Source: the human T2T-CHM13v2.0 reference genome, Homo sapiens
Assembly (NCBI RefSeq): GCF_009914755.1
Contig: NC_060935.1
Length of the DNA: 64,000 bases
Reading direction: 5' to 3' (one strand)
In this document: positions 1 through 12,163 of the stretch, in pieces
Layout: every line of letters starts with the position of its first letter
Numbering within the stretch: the stretch's first letter is position 1
Translations under genes and position numbers: made by a program
The notes under the pieces: model-generated
What the model saw: the letters and a program-made list of their open reading frames with translations, nothing else
Told to the model about the DNA's origin: nothing
Databases searched by the model: none

Positions 1-1627
1 CTCAATTTCGCTTCGAGTAATAGAGTGAGATTATTCAAAATTATTTCCAGTGGGCTGAGCCTGCCTGTTCTTTCTGTTATGAGAATAGAAGTAAACAACT
101 CGCCACCATCCTCGCGAGCTGACATCCTTGACACAGTGCCCCTGTTCCTAGCTCCTTAATCGCGAGAGCATTTTGGTTTTAGCTACGCTCAATTAATTCA
201 TCCAGGAAAGGGTCCAGTCTGAAAGAGTTGATTTAAAGTGAGATAAACTGGGCAACTGCTTGGAAAACCAGATGATCCCAAATATGTCTTTCATAGTGAG
301 AAAATGAAGAGCTCTCTCCACATTTAAAGCAGTAACTTCTCAGCAGCAGTTTTCTTTTTCCTTAAGAGTTTAAGCAGGAGCAGGAGCAGAGGCAATCAAT
401 GGAATGCCCCTCCAGGGGTATGAGAGGGCAGTGCTGTTGGGGATGAGGACACCTCCAAGCCCCCCACAATCCCTGCTGTGCCCCTGGGTCTGCTGAGACC
501 AGGTATAAAGGGCTGGGGAGTCCGAGTTGAGTTTTTAATCCCCTGCTAGACACAGCTGGTTCCTCTCTTGCAGTGGAACACAAAAAAGCTGAGCTAGCAC
601 TTGGGAAAGTGAGATGTCAACATTTTTTGCTCAAATTTGATAAGCAGCGGAAGATTAGCACCTTCCTCAAATCTCGATTTCAAACAATGTTCCTTTCAAG
701 TCATCCAAATTGGCAAGAAAATCTAGGCCCTGCAGAAAGCCCTGAGGCTTGTGGGGAGAGGACAGAGAAGGGAAGATTGGAGCAAGGGAAGGAAGATGTG
801 TTGTGACCAACCCCAAACTCACAGCTTTTAATGCAGCAACATTCACGTGGGGGAAGAAGGAACCCCCACCTCATGACTTTTCCACTGTAGGATCCCTCCC
901 TGGGAGGACAGACAGTGAAGCATCTGTCCAGTGGACAGGGGGACCCAGGCCCTCGGTGGCCTCAAATCACCCCAGGCATCTGGCTTCAACTGTGCCGAAA
1001 GCATTACATGGCACAAACAAGCTGGGGAAATCAAGGACCAATCAGAGCATTAAAAACAGGCTTTTCTAGCCTCCCAGGGAAGGCTAAGGTTTCGGCCCTG
1101 CTGCCATCTCCTCACATTTTCCACTGATGTCACCCCAGGCAAATAATTGGTGGAGAGAAGACTTAAAGGGGAAGAGAGGGGCTATGTGAACAGAGCAGTG
1201 GAACAGGGAGAAAAATAGGGCTGGGGCTGGCCCCAGCTGTGACCACGGGGCTGTCACTCTCACTTGGTGAGCAGGGCTGCGGGCCAGCCATTTGCTGCAG
1301 AATGAAACCTTCTTCTTGTTCCCTGATGGAACACATACTAGCAAAGGTATGCTTCTACTCCAGGGAGGAGAGACCTCTGTTTCACACCAGACCTCGTTGC
1401 TTAATCCCAGCCAGGAGGCAGCCTGGCAAAGCAGGCAAACTGAAGCTGTTGGGAGTCCTGGCCCTACTTCTATGGTGCTGTGTGACACTGGAAGATCCAC
1501 AGCCCTTCTCTGAGCCAAGCTGTACCTGATGCTTGGCCAGTGACTCTGTATAATGGGCTGTTCAGTGCCTGTGTTACCAACAGCTCAATTTGAAGGTCTC
1601 TGCAAGTAAACTTCTTCAAACCATCAG

Positions 1628-1835
1628 AATTCAAGAAATATTAATTAAATGCCTCTTATGTGCCAGGCATTGTGCTAGACACTTTGCCTAGCACATAATT
1701 ATTTAACTTATGTCCTTAAAAACAGTTATCAGTTACCTGTTCTGTGTGATCACTTTGCTACGCACTGGGCATAAAATAGTGCCTAGCAAAGTGCTAAAAA
1801 GCAAAACAGAGTCCTTATTTTCTCAGAACTGATGT
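1628..1835 (-). mobile_element. L2/MIR 3'-end fragment
   Basis: ttcaagaaatattaattaaatgcctcttatgtgccaggcattgtgctag matches the reverse complement of the shared L2/MIR 3' end. Confidence 0.6.
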
Positions 1836-1874
1836 TTGAGCTCTCTCGTTGGTACCTGGCAACACTATGATACA

Positions 1875-1995
1875 GTATTATCAGCTGCATTGTATAAATG
1901 AGGAGATAGCAGCTCAGAGAGGTGGAGTGATTTGCCCAAGGTCACACAGCAGTCAAGAACAGAGTCAAAAGAGGAACCTTGGTCTTCTGGCTTAA
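1875..1995 (-). mobile_element. MIR SINE
   Basis: MIR core in reverse: aaatgaggag...gctcagagaggtggagtgatttgcccaaggtcacacagc. Confidence 0.85.
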
Positions 1996-3129
1996 ATCCA
2001 TGTCTCTTCCCATCACACAACCCTGAATCCCATGCACACATTAGCAGGGGATACTGAAGCAATCTTCCCAGCCTATTGGGAAGAAAGAAAAGAGGGGAGG
2101 TAAATCCTTGCTCTGAAATTCTCACAACAAACACATTTTTGTAAATGTTGTCACCAGCCATCACTCTCCAGGAGGCCAAAGCTCTGACCCACCCAAATTC
2201 TATTCCTCTGCTCCAAATATTTCTTATGCCAACCAGGCAAGAAATGCTGAAGGGGCAGACCAAAAAAATAAGACTCTAATAATAATAGGCTTACATTAAA
2301 CCAAATAAAGTCATTCTGAAATGACTAAAGAGAAATAGCAGAGGAGAAATGCCCCTGGGCTCACACTCTGTTTATGCATTGCACATTATACCTTTTCATC
2401 ACAATTACCTAAAGTGGTACATTTGTACTTCCATAATGTATGGAATTCATTACATAGTTTTGCAATGAAATTATCACACTGTGCCTGGGACATCTGCACC
2501 CTGTCATACATCATTCTATTCATTTCTAGTTAATTTAATCCCAATATCTGCCCACATGATAAGACAGATGTTCAGCTATGCTGCAGCTTCAATGGTTTTC
2601 TGCCTTGAAGAAAGTTGAAGCCGTTGAAAGAAATGACATCTTTTAGACAGAAAGCTTACAGTATTAAAAGTTGGGAGGCTTTGCCACTTCACTATTATTA
2701 GCTTTATTATTTTTCGGTCTATCATAGTAACCTCTGCTGTGAGGATCAACATGTGAGATTAACAGAGGCACGAGGTAATGGGGAGTATTTCTATGGCCAC
2801 TGAAAATAATCCCCATCAAAACTGACTCAGAAATATCTGTATGTCACTCAAAAAGAAAAATAAATCTAGACATTTCATACTATTAGTTACATTTGCTGCT
2901 TCAAGGGGGAGGAAAGGAGACTGCTCTTCATGAGGGTTTCTCAGTGGCCTATGCCAGTCTAGACATTGACTCACATAATCTCCTCCACTCCTCACTGCCA
3001 CCATGGGAAGTGGCCACCCTGGTGATCTCCCCACCAGGATGCATGACTTGCGTCCCCCCTGTTTTCCACCACTTCTCTGATCCAGGATCCCATTCTAAAA
3101 AATGCAGGGGTTCTGGAAGACTGTTTCCC

Positions 3130-3445
3130 TGGGGTGTGAATTCTGGCTGCTACACAGTGTGTGGGTAACTTGGGGCAAATTACTCACCCTCTTGGATCCT
3201 CAATTTCACCACCTGCATAAAGTAAATAACAGCCACTATTTCACAGAAATGTGAAAATTAGATGAGATAATACATATAAAGTATTGTGCACCTGTTTGGA
3301 TCAATCATGTAAGTAACAATCTTCATAATACTTTTAACAATAAGAATAACACTTTTCAGATATGCAAAGTATCTAGCATAGTTCCCACCTCATGGTAGAC
3401 TCTAAGGACTCAACAGATATTACTATTATTAATACTACTACTATA
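3130..3445 (+). mobile_element. MIR SINE
   Basis: gtaacttggggcaaattactcaccctcttggatcctcaatttcaccacctg...gatgagataatacatataaag and a tattatt tail. Confidence 0.75.
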
Positions 3446-3852
3446 ATTGTTATTATTCCACAATGAATCCTGCTACACCAAAAACAAGTTTTGCCCCAGC
3501 AGCCACAAGTTAAAGTCATTTCTAATTTTTGAAGTGGTCAACTATTGTCCTTATTAGTTCACATAATATCTGCAGTGGACCCTGGAATGCTATGTGCTAA
3601 TGGCTATAGGTAAGAGAGTCACAAGTGAAATAAAAACATTATTTGGAGCTGGGACAGAAGGGTATGAATGTATTATTTGTATCACCTTCAAGCAGGCTGC
3701 CCTTAGAGTACAGGAGGAAACACTGCACAACGGATAAAGAATCTAATTGTTCCCAGTTCCATTCATTTGAGAAACATTTCGTGAGCCCCAACTGAGAGTC
3801 TATTATGCTGTGCTGGACTATTATGTGGGACAGGACCGCTAAAGACATACTT

Positions 3853-4020
3853 TATATTAATATGAACATGTACATATACATACATATATACACATGCATA
3901 TGTACATATGCACACATACATATACTTATATACACACATACATATACACATGTACATACATACGTATACATATATACACACATATATGTACACATATACA
4001 TATGCATTTGTTTATATGCT
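3853..4020. repeat. (TA/CA)n low-complexity simple repeat
   Basis: degenerate tacata/cacata dinucleotide array; explains ORFs 3763..3993 and 3805..4035. Confidence 0.95.
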
Positions 4021-5469
4021 ATTGTTTCAGTATAGAGATATATTTTAGCACAAAATAACTGACTAGACCATGGGTCTTGATGGGGCTATTCATATTTTGG
4101 GGTGCCCTACTACTTTAGCATGTCCATTGCAAAATTGCAGGCATGTTGTTAGGAGGTACATCCTAGCACCAAGTGAAACTTGCGAATTCAATCCTATTGA
4201 ATTTTGTCAGCAGAAAATCTTCAATGTCCTTTTCCTACCATCTAGAGATAGTTCAGTACACACTCTCCATCCTCTTTTCTTATTTCTTTTCTATTCTGTT
4301 CTGATTTCTCTTGTTTATATATTCATGCCATCATGATATTTACCTTCCACATTGTAATTTATCCCTGTGCCACCTTCTAAATACGCACACCCACATGCAG
4401 TGTCTTTCTTGTTTTTCTGCCTTCTAACTTGATCATAGCCACAGCAAGTAGTTTTTTGATGGTTTCATTGAAGTATTGCCTAAAGTCTGGCTCTATACCC
4501 ATATCTGCCACCCTTTCCCACCACTGAAAGTTCCCCCGGCTTGAGTCACTCTTTCTGGTATAACTTTAAAGGGAATGGAGTACTCAGCAGAAAACTACAG
4601 GTGACCTGGAGTAAGGGAAAGGACAAGAAGGACACAATGGTTCTGTGTCCTCTCATCTAATAAGAAGCCTAAAGATGTGGGATTCCAGATGGGCCAGCAG
4701 TAGACAATAGATTCAAGGATTGAGCCCAAACAGAGTAAGTAAGTACCCTCACAGTACTCAGGGTACTGAGCAATGCTGTAAGCGATGGAGAGCAGGAATG
4801 GCACTCAGGCAAGCCATTCATGACCACCAGGCTTTCCCGACTCAGCAATATCAATGCAAAGCCAGGATAGAGAACAACCTGGTTTGGTGGCCAGAATTGG
4901 GAAGTCATGTTTCTGAGATGACCACCTCAAGTGGCATGGAAAAATCAGACATAAAAATGGCCTTAGGGATCATTTAGTCCAACTCTCTTTTATAGAAGAG
5001 AAATGTGAGACTGAGAAAATATGCCACCAGCCCACCACCTCTTCTCACTGTGAGCATCCATCCTTTTGACTTGTGTCCCAAATGCCTCTCCCAGTGGTCG
5101 GCCCATGGTGGATGTTCAATAACAGTTCAATGACCTAAAGTGAGCAGAGGCCGAGAGCTCTAAGGGTACACCAAATTAGGGGCGGAGTGCTCAGTGGAAC
5201 TCAGATTCCCTGGCCCTGATGACTTTAATTCTGGTCACCAGACAGATCAGTCTTTCAGAGTCATGGACCCAGTGGGCTCATAGTCAGGAATAACCTGCTG
5301 GAGGGCCAATCCCATCACTTTCATCACTCACAACATTGCCCATTATCCCAGTCCTGTGACATTTGCCCCTCTTGGCTTAAATTCAGAAATCTAAGGTCAA
5401 ATCCCTTTACTGTTTCACTGTCTTTAACTTGAATGACTGGTCTGCATCACTCAAATATATATTCCAAGA

Positions 5470-5570
5470 TTATATGTTTCTGTTCACTGCTGAATTCCCA
5501 GTGCTTAAAACAGTATCCTGACATAGTAGGTCCTTCACAAATATGTAATAAATAAACAAGTGAATGAATA
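5470..5570 (+). mobile_element. L2 3' end
   Basis: tgttcactgctgaattcccagtgcttaaaacagtatcctgacatagtagg...gtgaatgaat. Confidence 0.8.
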
Positions 5571-6129
5571 GCCCAGGCATTCAGTTAGGTTCCAGCTCAT
5601 GGGCCAACAACCATTTGAAGTAAATTCCTAGATTTCTGCTTTAAGAAGAAATCTAAGGCAGTTCCTGGGCTTCCTGGGAAAGAATGTTATGATTAATTAG
5701 TAATGCCTACCGTGGTCCCAGGAGTGTGGTGTGTAGCCTGGGTATTTGCTATCACCAGATAGGATAATTAAACGGTGGGAGGAAAAGAGAGGGAGAAAAG
5801 CATGCAGTTTGGCTTTGTGGAGGGGACAAAGAATGGGAAGTAAAAATCAAAGGTGGGATGAAATATAAAAGCCACTACCTTCCAGCTCCAAATTACTCTG
5901 ATGAAGATGCTGACATCATAAAAGAAGACATGTTCATGGTATCCACACAAGTCTTCCACCTGAGGCCTAGCTAAGTGCTCCTGCCAGTCCCCAGGGATGT
6001 CTGCTTCAGGCGGCTTCCCTCTTCCCTCCTGGAGCAGCGTCCACTTTCCAAGTAGCAGAATCTGAATGAGCAGGCAGCACTTTTCCAAACTAGAGTACAG
6101 CCCTGCCTGGAGGCTGGGTCTTATTAATA

Positions 6130-6310
6130 GGGGGAACATAGCTCAGGTTCTGGGGTCAAACAGATCTGGCTTCTGTAACAAGTTCTGAAAACCATGGCTT
6201 TGTTTGACATAGAAAAAACTATATATCTTACTGATATAAAATGGGAATGATAAAATGACCCAACCACAGGAGTGGGCAAAATGAAATAATCTCTATAAAG
6301 GGATTAATTC
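6130..6310 (+). mobile_element. MIR SINE (degenerate)
   Basis: caggttctggggtcaaacagatctggc...tataaaatgggaatgataaaatgacc. Confidence 0.6.
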
Positions 6311-6980
6311 ACTTCATATCTTTGTATTAGGATCTTTTGTTTTCAGTTTTATTTTGCTTTAGACCAGCCAATTATAGGCAGCACCAGTATTGTTCCCAAA
6401 GACCCACCATTGCTTAAGTGGATGGAAAAAAAGGGGCCTCCCCTCTGTGGTTTACTGCAATAGTAGCTGCTTTTTCTAGATCCTGGAAGCCAGCTTAATA
6501 TTGAGTTCCCTGGCTGGGAGCCTCCAAATAAGCCCTGAGCATATTGAACTCCAGCTGTTGAACTGAGGAACAGCTGGAAATTACACAATTGACACCTAAA
6601 TGGAGGCGATGATCCCTGCACAATCACCTTCGATTACCTGCACGTTGCTTTCCGCCTCAGCCTTGCTGATTTTCCTGTGGTCGCCCAGGACCTTGCTGAC
6701 TTCTGAAGCTGGCCTGAGCTTGAACAATGTCTGTATGGTGGTGGTGGTGATGGTGGGGCTGTGTGTGTGCATGCATGTGTGTTTACAACCGAGTCTCATA
6801 GCCAAATTCACACAGAGCCTGGGAAGTGCACATTGATTTCTATTATCTGTGCCTCTGTTTCCTAATGTATCAAGAAATCTGAAGCATTCCTTCAAACACA
6901 TTGGGCAGAACAAAACCATTCTTGGCTGCTTTTCAGCCCTGGAGCTGAGGCAACAATGTTCCTGAGAGACTACGTAAGGA

Positions 6981-7092
6981 AGGCAGAATGGTGCAGTAGG
7001 AAAAGCATACACTTTGTCTATTGCAAAGGCTAATTCCCAGCTCTACCATGTTCAGCTGTCTGACCTTGGGCAAGTTATTTATTTTTTCTCTC
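6981..7092 (+). mobile_element. MIR SINE 5' half
   Basis: tRNA-like head plus attcccagctctacc...agctgtctgaccttgggcaagttattt. Confidence 0.8.
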
Positions 7093-7379
7093 TCACAGAT
7101 GCTTTACCCAAGGTCACATTTGGGGTTACTAACTCTAAAGTCCATTTGCCTAACCACTAGGTAATCCTTTGCCTTCCTCATTTTCTGCACCAATCCAGTC
7201 TAATCCCATACAGGTGTCAGTCAGTGCCTGTAGGCCTTGCCTAGATCCTCTCACCATACCTCTCTACCATTCCCTCCAACACAAACTGGGGAGGTCTTCA
7301 TGGTCCAGGAAGAGGTAGGAGCCTCCCTGCATCCTTCCTGGTCTCTCTTTTCCTTATAAAAAGCAAAGAAAAGAAATAA

Positions 7380-7530
7380 GCATTTATGGTATAACTAAAC
7401 TATCTGCCAGGGGCTATAATTGCTGATAAATCCATCAAGTGTCATTCCTGATTTATGGATGAGATTTCTGAAAATCACAGAAGTAAAGTGAGTTACCTGT
7501 ACTCACACAGGTAGTGAATGAAATGGCAGC
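7380..7530 (-). mobile_element. MIR SINE (degenerate)
   Basis: atttatggatgag...cagaagtaaagtgagttacctgtactcacacaggtagtgaatg. Confidence 0.6.
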
Positions 7531-7569
7531 TGGCTTTAGTGGCCAGCCAGGAGTGAAGAAGCAGAATCT

Positions 7570-7582
7570 CCACCAGATGGCA
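7570..7582 (+). promoter_or_regulatory. candidate CTCF core motif
   Basis: CCACCAGATGGCA matches the core CCASYAGRKGGCR at all 13 positions; motif only, binding unknown. Confidence 0.35.
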
Positions 7583-8111
7583 AGAACACAGGCCCCTGGA
7601 CTGAAGCTCACCCGCTAATTTTGTGGCAGCAGTATGGGAAGAAACCTGTGGGGATGACAATAGACACCAGGTGACTGCAGGAGCAGTACTTCAGGCTGGC
7701 AAGGAAGGAACTACATGGCAGGGCCCAGGACAGCTGGTTAAGGAATGGCTCTGAGTGCTCATGCAGCTCTGCCAAGGAGAGGAGGGAGTGGGGAGGTAGT
7801 GGAAAGTGAGGTGCCCCAGGGATGAGGCTTAAGACTTATCTTGTTATTTTTTCATTGTTATTGAAGTGCATGTCATGTGACTTTCCCTTCTTAGGCTGGA
7901 GCAGCCTAAAGGGAAACATCCAAAACACATTTCCAGAAACAGCATCTTGATCTTCTTTGTGCATTCAGAGAATATATGTTGAGTGTCTGCTTGGGGCCAG
8001 GCATTGTTTGAGACTCTGCAAATACAGGAGAGAGCAAGACAGATGAGTTCCCTGCTCTCATGAAGCTTTCATTCCTGTTAAAGGAGACAGATAATAAAAA
8101 CAAAACATGTT

Positions 8112-8341
8112 AGCTGGGGGCTCTGACCCTGAGCCCGTACTGTCTGCCAAGTGGGGGCACTGGATATCTGTGGGAGATAAGAGGAATTTCTTTGATTGTC
8201 ATAAAGATTATCTCTGTCCCTCTCCTCCCCACCCTGGTATGGAGGTTGAAATGCTAAATACTTTGCAAGGAAAAGCTCATTTCTACACAGTGAATATTTG
8301 CCCTGCTCAAAATGCCAGATGCACCCTGGTTGAGGACACTG
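8112..8341 (+). mobile_element. MER20-like hAT-Charlie MITE
   Basis: tttgattgtcata...atgctaaata...ccctgctcaaaatgccagatgcaccctggttgaggacactg resembles MER20-family internal and terminal sequence. Confidence 0.6.
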
Positions 8342-8454
8342 TGGAAAATGCATAAAGGAATTAGAAAGCTCTGGATAGTGACAGATGCTGGACAGGAAAG
8401 AATACAGAGTAATGGGATAGAGGCAGGCAATGAGATCTGTTCTAGACTTGGGGG

Positions 8455-8907
8455 TGTAACAGGTTGAATGGTGGACCCAAAAAAGATATATCCATGTCCT
8501 GATCCCTAAAACCTGTGAATGTTTCCTTCTTTGGAAAAAGAATCTTTGCAGATGTGGTAAGTTGAGGATCCTGAATAAGGAGCTCATTCTGAGTGGTCCA
8601 AGTGGGCCTTAAATCCAACAACAAATGTCCTTATAAGAGAAAGGTAGAGAGAGATTTGAGAAAGACATGAGAGAAGACCCACAGAGGAGACAGTGATATG
8701 TTGATGAACGCAAAGATTGGAGTGATGTGTCTACAGGTCAAGGAAGGCCAGAGATTGCTGGCAGCCACTGGAAGTTAAGAGAGAGAGACATTGAATGCAT
8801 TTTCCCCCAGAACCTCTGGAAGGTGCGTAGCCCTGTCAGCACCTTGATTTCGGACTTGCAGCTTCCAAAACTGTAAGAGAATATATTTGTGTCAGCAAAT
8901 GAATTCA
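8455..8907 (+). mobile_element. MLT1C-like MaLR solo LTR
   Basis: TG...CA ends; tgtaacaggttgaatggtggacccaaaaaagatatatccatgtcc...ctttgcagatgt...accttgatttcggacttgcagcttccaaaactgtaagaga; imperfect 5-bp TSD ggggg/ggtgg. Confidence 0.9.
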
Positions 8908-9079
8908 GGTGGTCCGAAAAGCCTTCTCTGAGGTCACATATATGCAGAGAGCTGACTTCCCAGTGGGACCAGCCATACAGCGAGATGAAACACCCTAAAG
9001 ATGGCTTTTCTTGGTTTGAGGAGAGATGAAGTCCTCAGGCCAAAAGATTCAGGCAAGAGGCAGAATAAACTCATTAAAC

Positions 9080-9304
9080 CTGGTAGGCAAGGATTCAACT
9101 CCTGGGGCTCAAATTCTGATTCTGTTGCTAATTAGTAGCTGTGTGACCCAACAAGCTGTGATCTGTGCCTCTTTTTCTCACCTAAAAGGGGGATCAATCA
9201 TAGTGCTCCTCCAAAGTTGAAAGGAATGAGTTAATCAACAAAGTGGTTGGCCTGGAGTGAGCTCTCAATAAATGTTAGCTATAATCACTATTATTATTAT
9301 TATT
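9080..9304 (+). mobile_element. MIR SINE
   Basis: tagctgtgtgacc...aatgagttaat...ctcaataaatgttagcta and (tat)n tail. Confidence 0.85.
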
Positions 9305-9964
9305 TGAAGTCACAAATGGCCTGAATTATCTTTCTTGATTACCAGGACTTAAGCAGAAAGGCTGAGGCTGTTTGCAAAACCATGAGAGAGTTTCTTTTTG
9401 TTAGCTGAGTCTTCAAGGTTGAGACTTCCCATTTCCAGACAGTGTCCTTGGTGGGGCGGGAAGGAAGCCCCCAGCTTGCTAGAGGACTGGGCTGCACATC
9501 TTGCAGATTTCCGCCTTTCAGAGACCCATGTACACACCACTCAGCTCCCCTTAAAGGCACAAAGCCGCCTGATAAGCAGATGACTGTCAGCTCCTCTTAT
9601 TCTGCACCTGAGGGCCTGAGGGAAAGGAGAGGCCCGCTGGAGCTCTGCAAGCACAGTCCTGCACTGCACACCTCCCTGGGCTCCAGGAAAAAAAAAAAAG
9701 AAAAGTCCTGATGCAGACGAAATGATTCCAAGAGGAGGGGCCAATGCCCTCTATCAGGCCCCTCCCAGAGAGGTCTGACACTGATGCCTGGCTCCTGCAC
9801 AATGACCTTCCCTACCCCTAAGGAGGGGCAGGGCAAGGGAGAGGTGGGTCCCTGCAGGGTAAGTGTGGATCAGCAGGGAAAGAATGCAGGCTCAGGCAGA
9901 AGAGGCCACTGGGACAGGTTGAAGGCTTAGCAAAGGTTGAGGTGAGGACGTGGTTAGGAAACAG

Positions 9965-10155
9965 ATTCATTTATTTAGTATGTGAGTAGTTATGGTGAGC
10001 CTACTGCATCCCAGGCAAGAGCTTGGTTCTGGGGACGTAAAGACAAACTAAATCAGATAGTCCTGCCCTCCTGGTTCTTACAGTCCAGTGAGGAATCAGT
10101 ATCTAACCCAATAAACCCACAAACAAGTGTATAATTAATTACAAAGTCAGATAAA
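9965..10155 (-). mobile_element. L2 3' end
   Basis: gagcctactgcatcccaggca...ctggggacg...tcctgccctcctggttcttacagtccagtgagg. Confidence 0.75.
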
Positions 10156-11200
10156 CTTGTTCAAGCCACCGCAGTTTCCCCAGCTGTCTCCCCTGGGGCT
10201 TCTTGGCAGACTCCAGAGCTCTCTAGACTTAGCATTCAGTCCTTAACTCCAGTTCTGGTCCCTACCTGCAAAATACATGACTCCATTCCCTTTGTCTGCC
10301 CTAGGCCCATAAAGGGGCTTCCCCTCCTAACTCTCATTCAGCTGCCAGTGGCTTACTAGGTCCCAGCCTTAGTCTCTGAACTATTTTCACCCTCCAGGCT
10401 TTGCAGATTTACTCTTCCTTTTTTGGGTTTTCTAAAAGAGAAAAAGTAACAATTACCTAAAGAAGAAGAGAGAGATCACTTTTAACCCAAAGGATATTGT
10501 TGCAACAAAAATCCTGTGCTTATCAAGTACAGATAAATTTCCAGGTGTGGGCTGGGTGTAACACCGAGATTTGCACAAACATTCCATCCTTTCTTTTGCC
10601 TCTCACAGTTTTAAGTTTGTCAGGTGCTGGGCTTCTGTTCCCCAGAGTCCAGCCAAAAAAGATAACTCAAAGGCTGGTATCTGCTGTTAAGGTGAAACAC
10701 CACTCCCCAGCGCTAGACTCCACCTCCTGAAACGCCAACACTTTCTTTGCTTGCATTAATTTTACTATTTCTACAGAATAGAAAGAGTCATCATTTTTAA
10801 AAGTGGCTATTTATTCTCTGGTCATTTCAACCATGGAGGTGGGTATACTCTGACAAAGGCTGGCAAGCAGGACAAGGCCTGGGTGGGGGTCATGAAACCA
10901 GTAATTATCAGGATTGGAGGCAACAGGGTCATTTTGGAATTGACTGCTGCCTTTGACACTGGATGGCATCACCACTGGACCTGGGAGTTAATATGGATCT
11001 AGGATTAAAATGTCATATGAAGTATACAAGTTTGTAGGTAAAAATGTATCTCTGTTCTCTGTTGTTTGCCAACACATCTCTTAATATCTGTTAAGGCTGA
11101 ACGCTAAGGCTGATTTCCTGATTATGGAGGTCCTCTGATAGATATTCCATCCTAGGTATTTTAAATGTCATGCTTGTGTATATGAGTGTTTAAATGGCAT

Positions 11201-11229
<29 letters not shown>
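11201..11229. repeat. (GA)n microsatellite
   Basis: gagacagagagagagagagagagagagag. Confidence 0.95.
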
Positions 11230-11231
<2 letters not shown>

Positions 11232-11289
11232 TGTGCATTAAGCATTAGAAATGGGTTCTGTAGACCCATCCATCTATCTGGCAAAGATT

Positions 11290-11590
11290 TCAAGGCCCAG
11301 TACATGCAGATGTAAATCAGACACAAAGAGTTCAAACCTAGTGGGGACACTCAGTGTGTATACAAATGATAATGGCACAAGGCATAACACAAGTGCTATG
11401 AACAAGGTCCAAACAGAACATCACAGAAGTCTGGAGGGAGGGAGAAAAATTACCTCTGGTTAAACTCATAGGCATCACAAATTTCATCTGTCCTTGAAGA
11501 TTTCACTAAACAGGTAAGGCCTTTTTAGACAGCCTGCACAACATCCACAAAGCCATGGAGGCGTATAGGAGGAGAAAGTTCAGAGAGTGA
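11290..11590 (-). mobile_element. L2 fragment
   Basis: aaagagttcaaacctagtggggac...aagtgctatgaacaagg...gagggagaaaaattacctctgg. Confidence 0.55.
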
Positions 11591-12013
11591 GCCAGGAAAT
11601 CAGAAAACCCCTGCCAGTAACAAGTGTTCCTTGCAAGAGGGGTCTCCTGGAGACTTTACAAGAATGTATCTTTCCATCCTTCCACCTGTCACTTCCCACC
11701 CTCCTAAACCCTCACCAGCTAAAACTCCTCTTCATCCTCCTTCTCAACTACAATGACTATACCACTATCTTCACCTGGACTTCCCACAGGTGCTTTACCT
11801 GTCCTGAAGGTGGTCAGGCCACTGTTGGAGACTACCTCCCTGAGGAGGCAACAAGATCCTAATCACCGTAAGTATTTAAACCAAGGCAGAATGTCTCCTT
11901 GTTTGAGATATTATAGATAATATAAGTGTCTGAGTGTTCTAAGCCAAAACCAGTAAACAAATAATAGTTGGTGATGTTGGAGTGGTGGTGAGCATGTTGA
12001 GGATGACCACAAG

Positions 12014-12163
12014 AGAATGTGCACATCAGGTGAGAGGAGGAGGCTAGAGACCTTGGAACCTGAGAGAGGCAAGCAAGGATCCAGGGGAAGAATGTGCACA
12101 TCAGATGAGAGGAGTGGGCTAGAGACCTAGGAACCTGAGAGAGGCAAGCAAGGATCCAGGGGA
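12014..12163. repeat. 75-bp tandem duplication (2 copies)
   Basis: 12014-12088 and 12089-12163 are identical at 71/75 positions. Confidence 0.95.

Larger units (their letters stand above)
7960..8990 (-). mobile_element. L2 fragment interrupted by a MER20-like element and MLT1C
   Basis: L2 3' end in reverse (ccaggcattgtttgagac...cctgctctcatgaagctttcattc); resumes at 8342 and again at 8908 (ggtggtccgaaaagccttctctgagg). Confidence 0.7.

Noticed and set aside
2583-2625. Short hairpin gcttcaa...ttgaagc as a miRNA or terminator
   Set aside because: The stem is too short and bulged for a pre-miRNA, and intrinsic terminators are not relevant in mammalian DNA.
8078-8587. Longest ORF (169 aa, minus)
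   Set aside because: It runs across MLT1C, L2 and MER20-like sequence, so it is a chance open frame.
12014-12163. CRISPR-like or prokaryotic repeat array
   Set aside because: Two abutting copies with no spacers, no cas genes, and primate repeat context.
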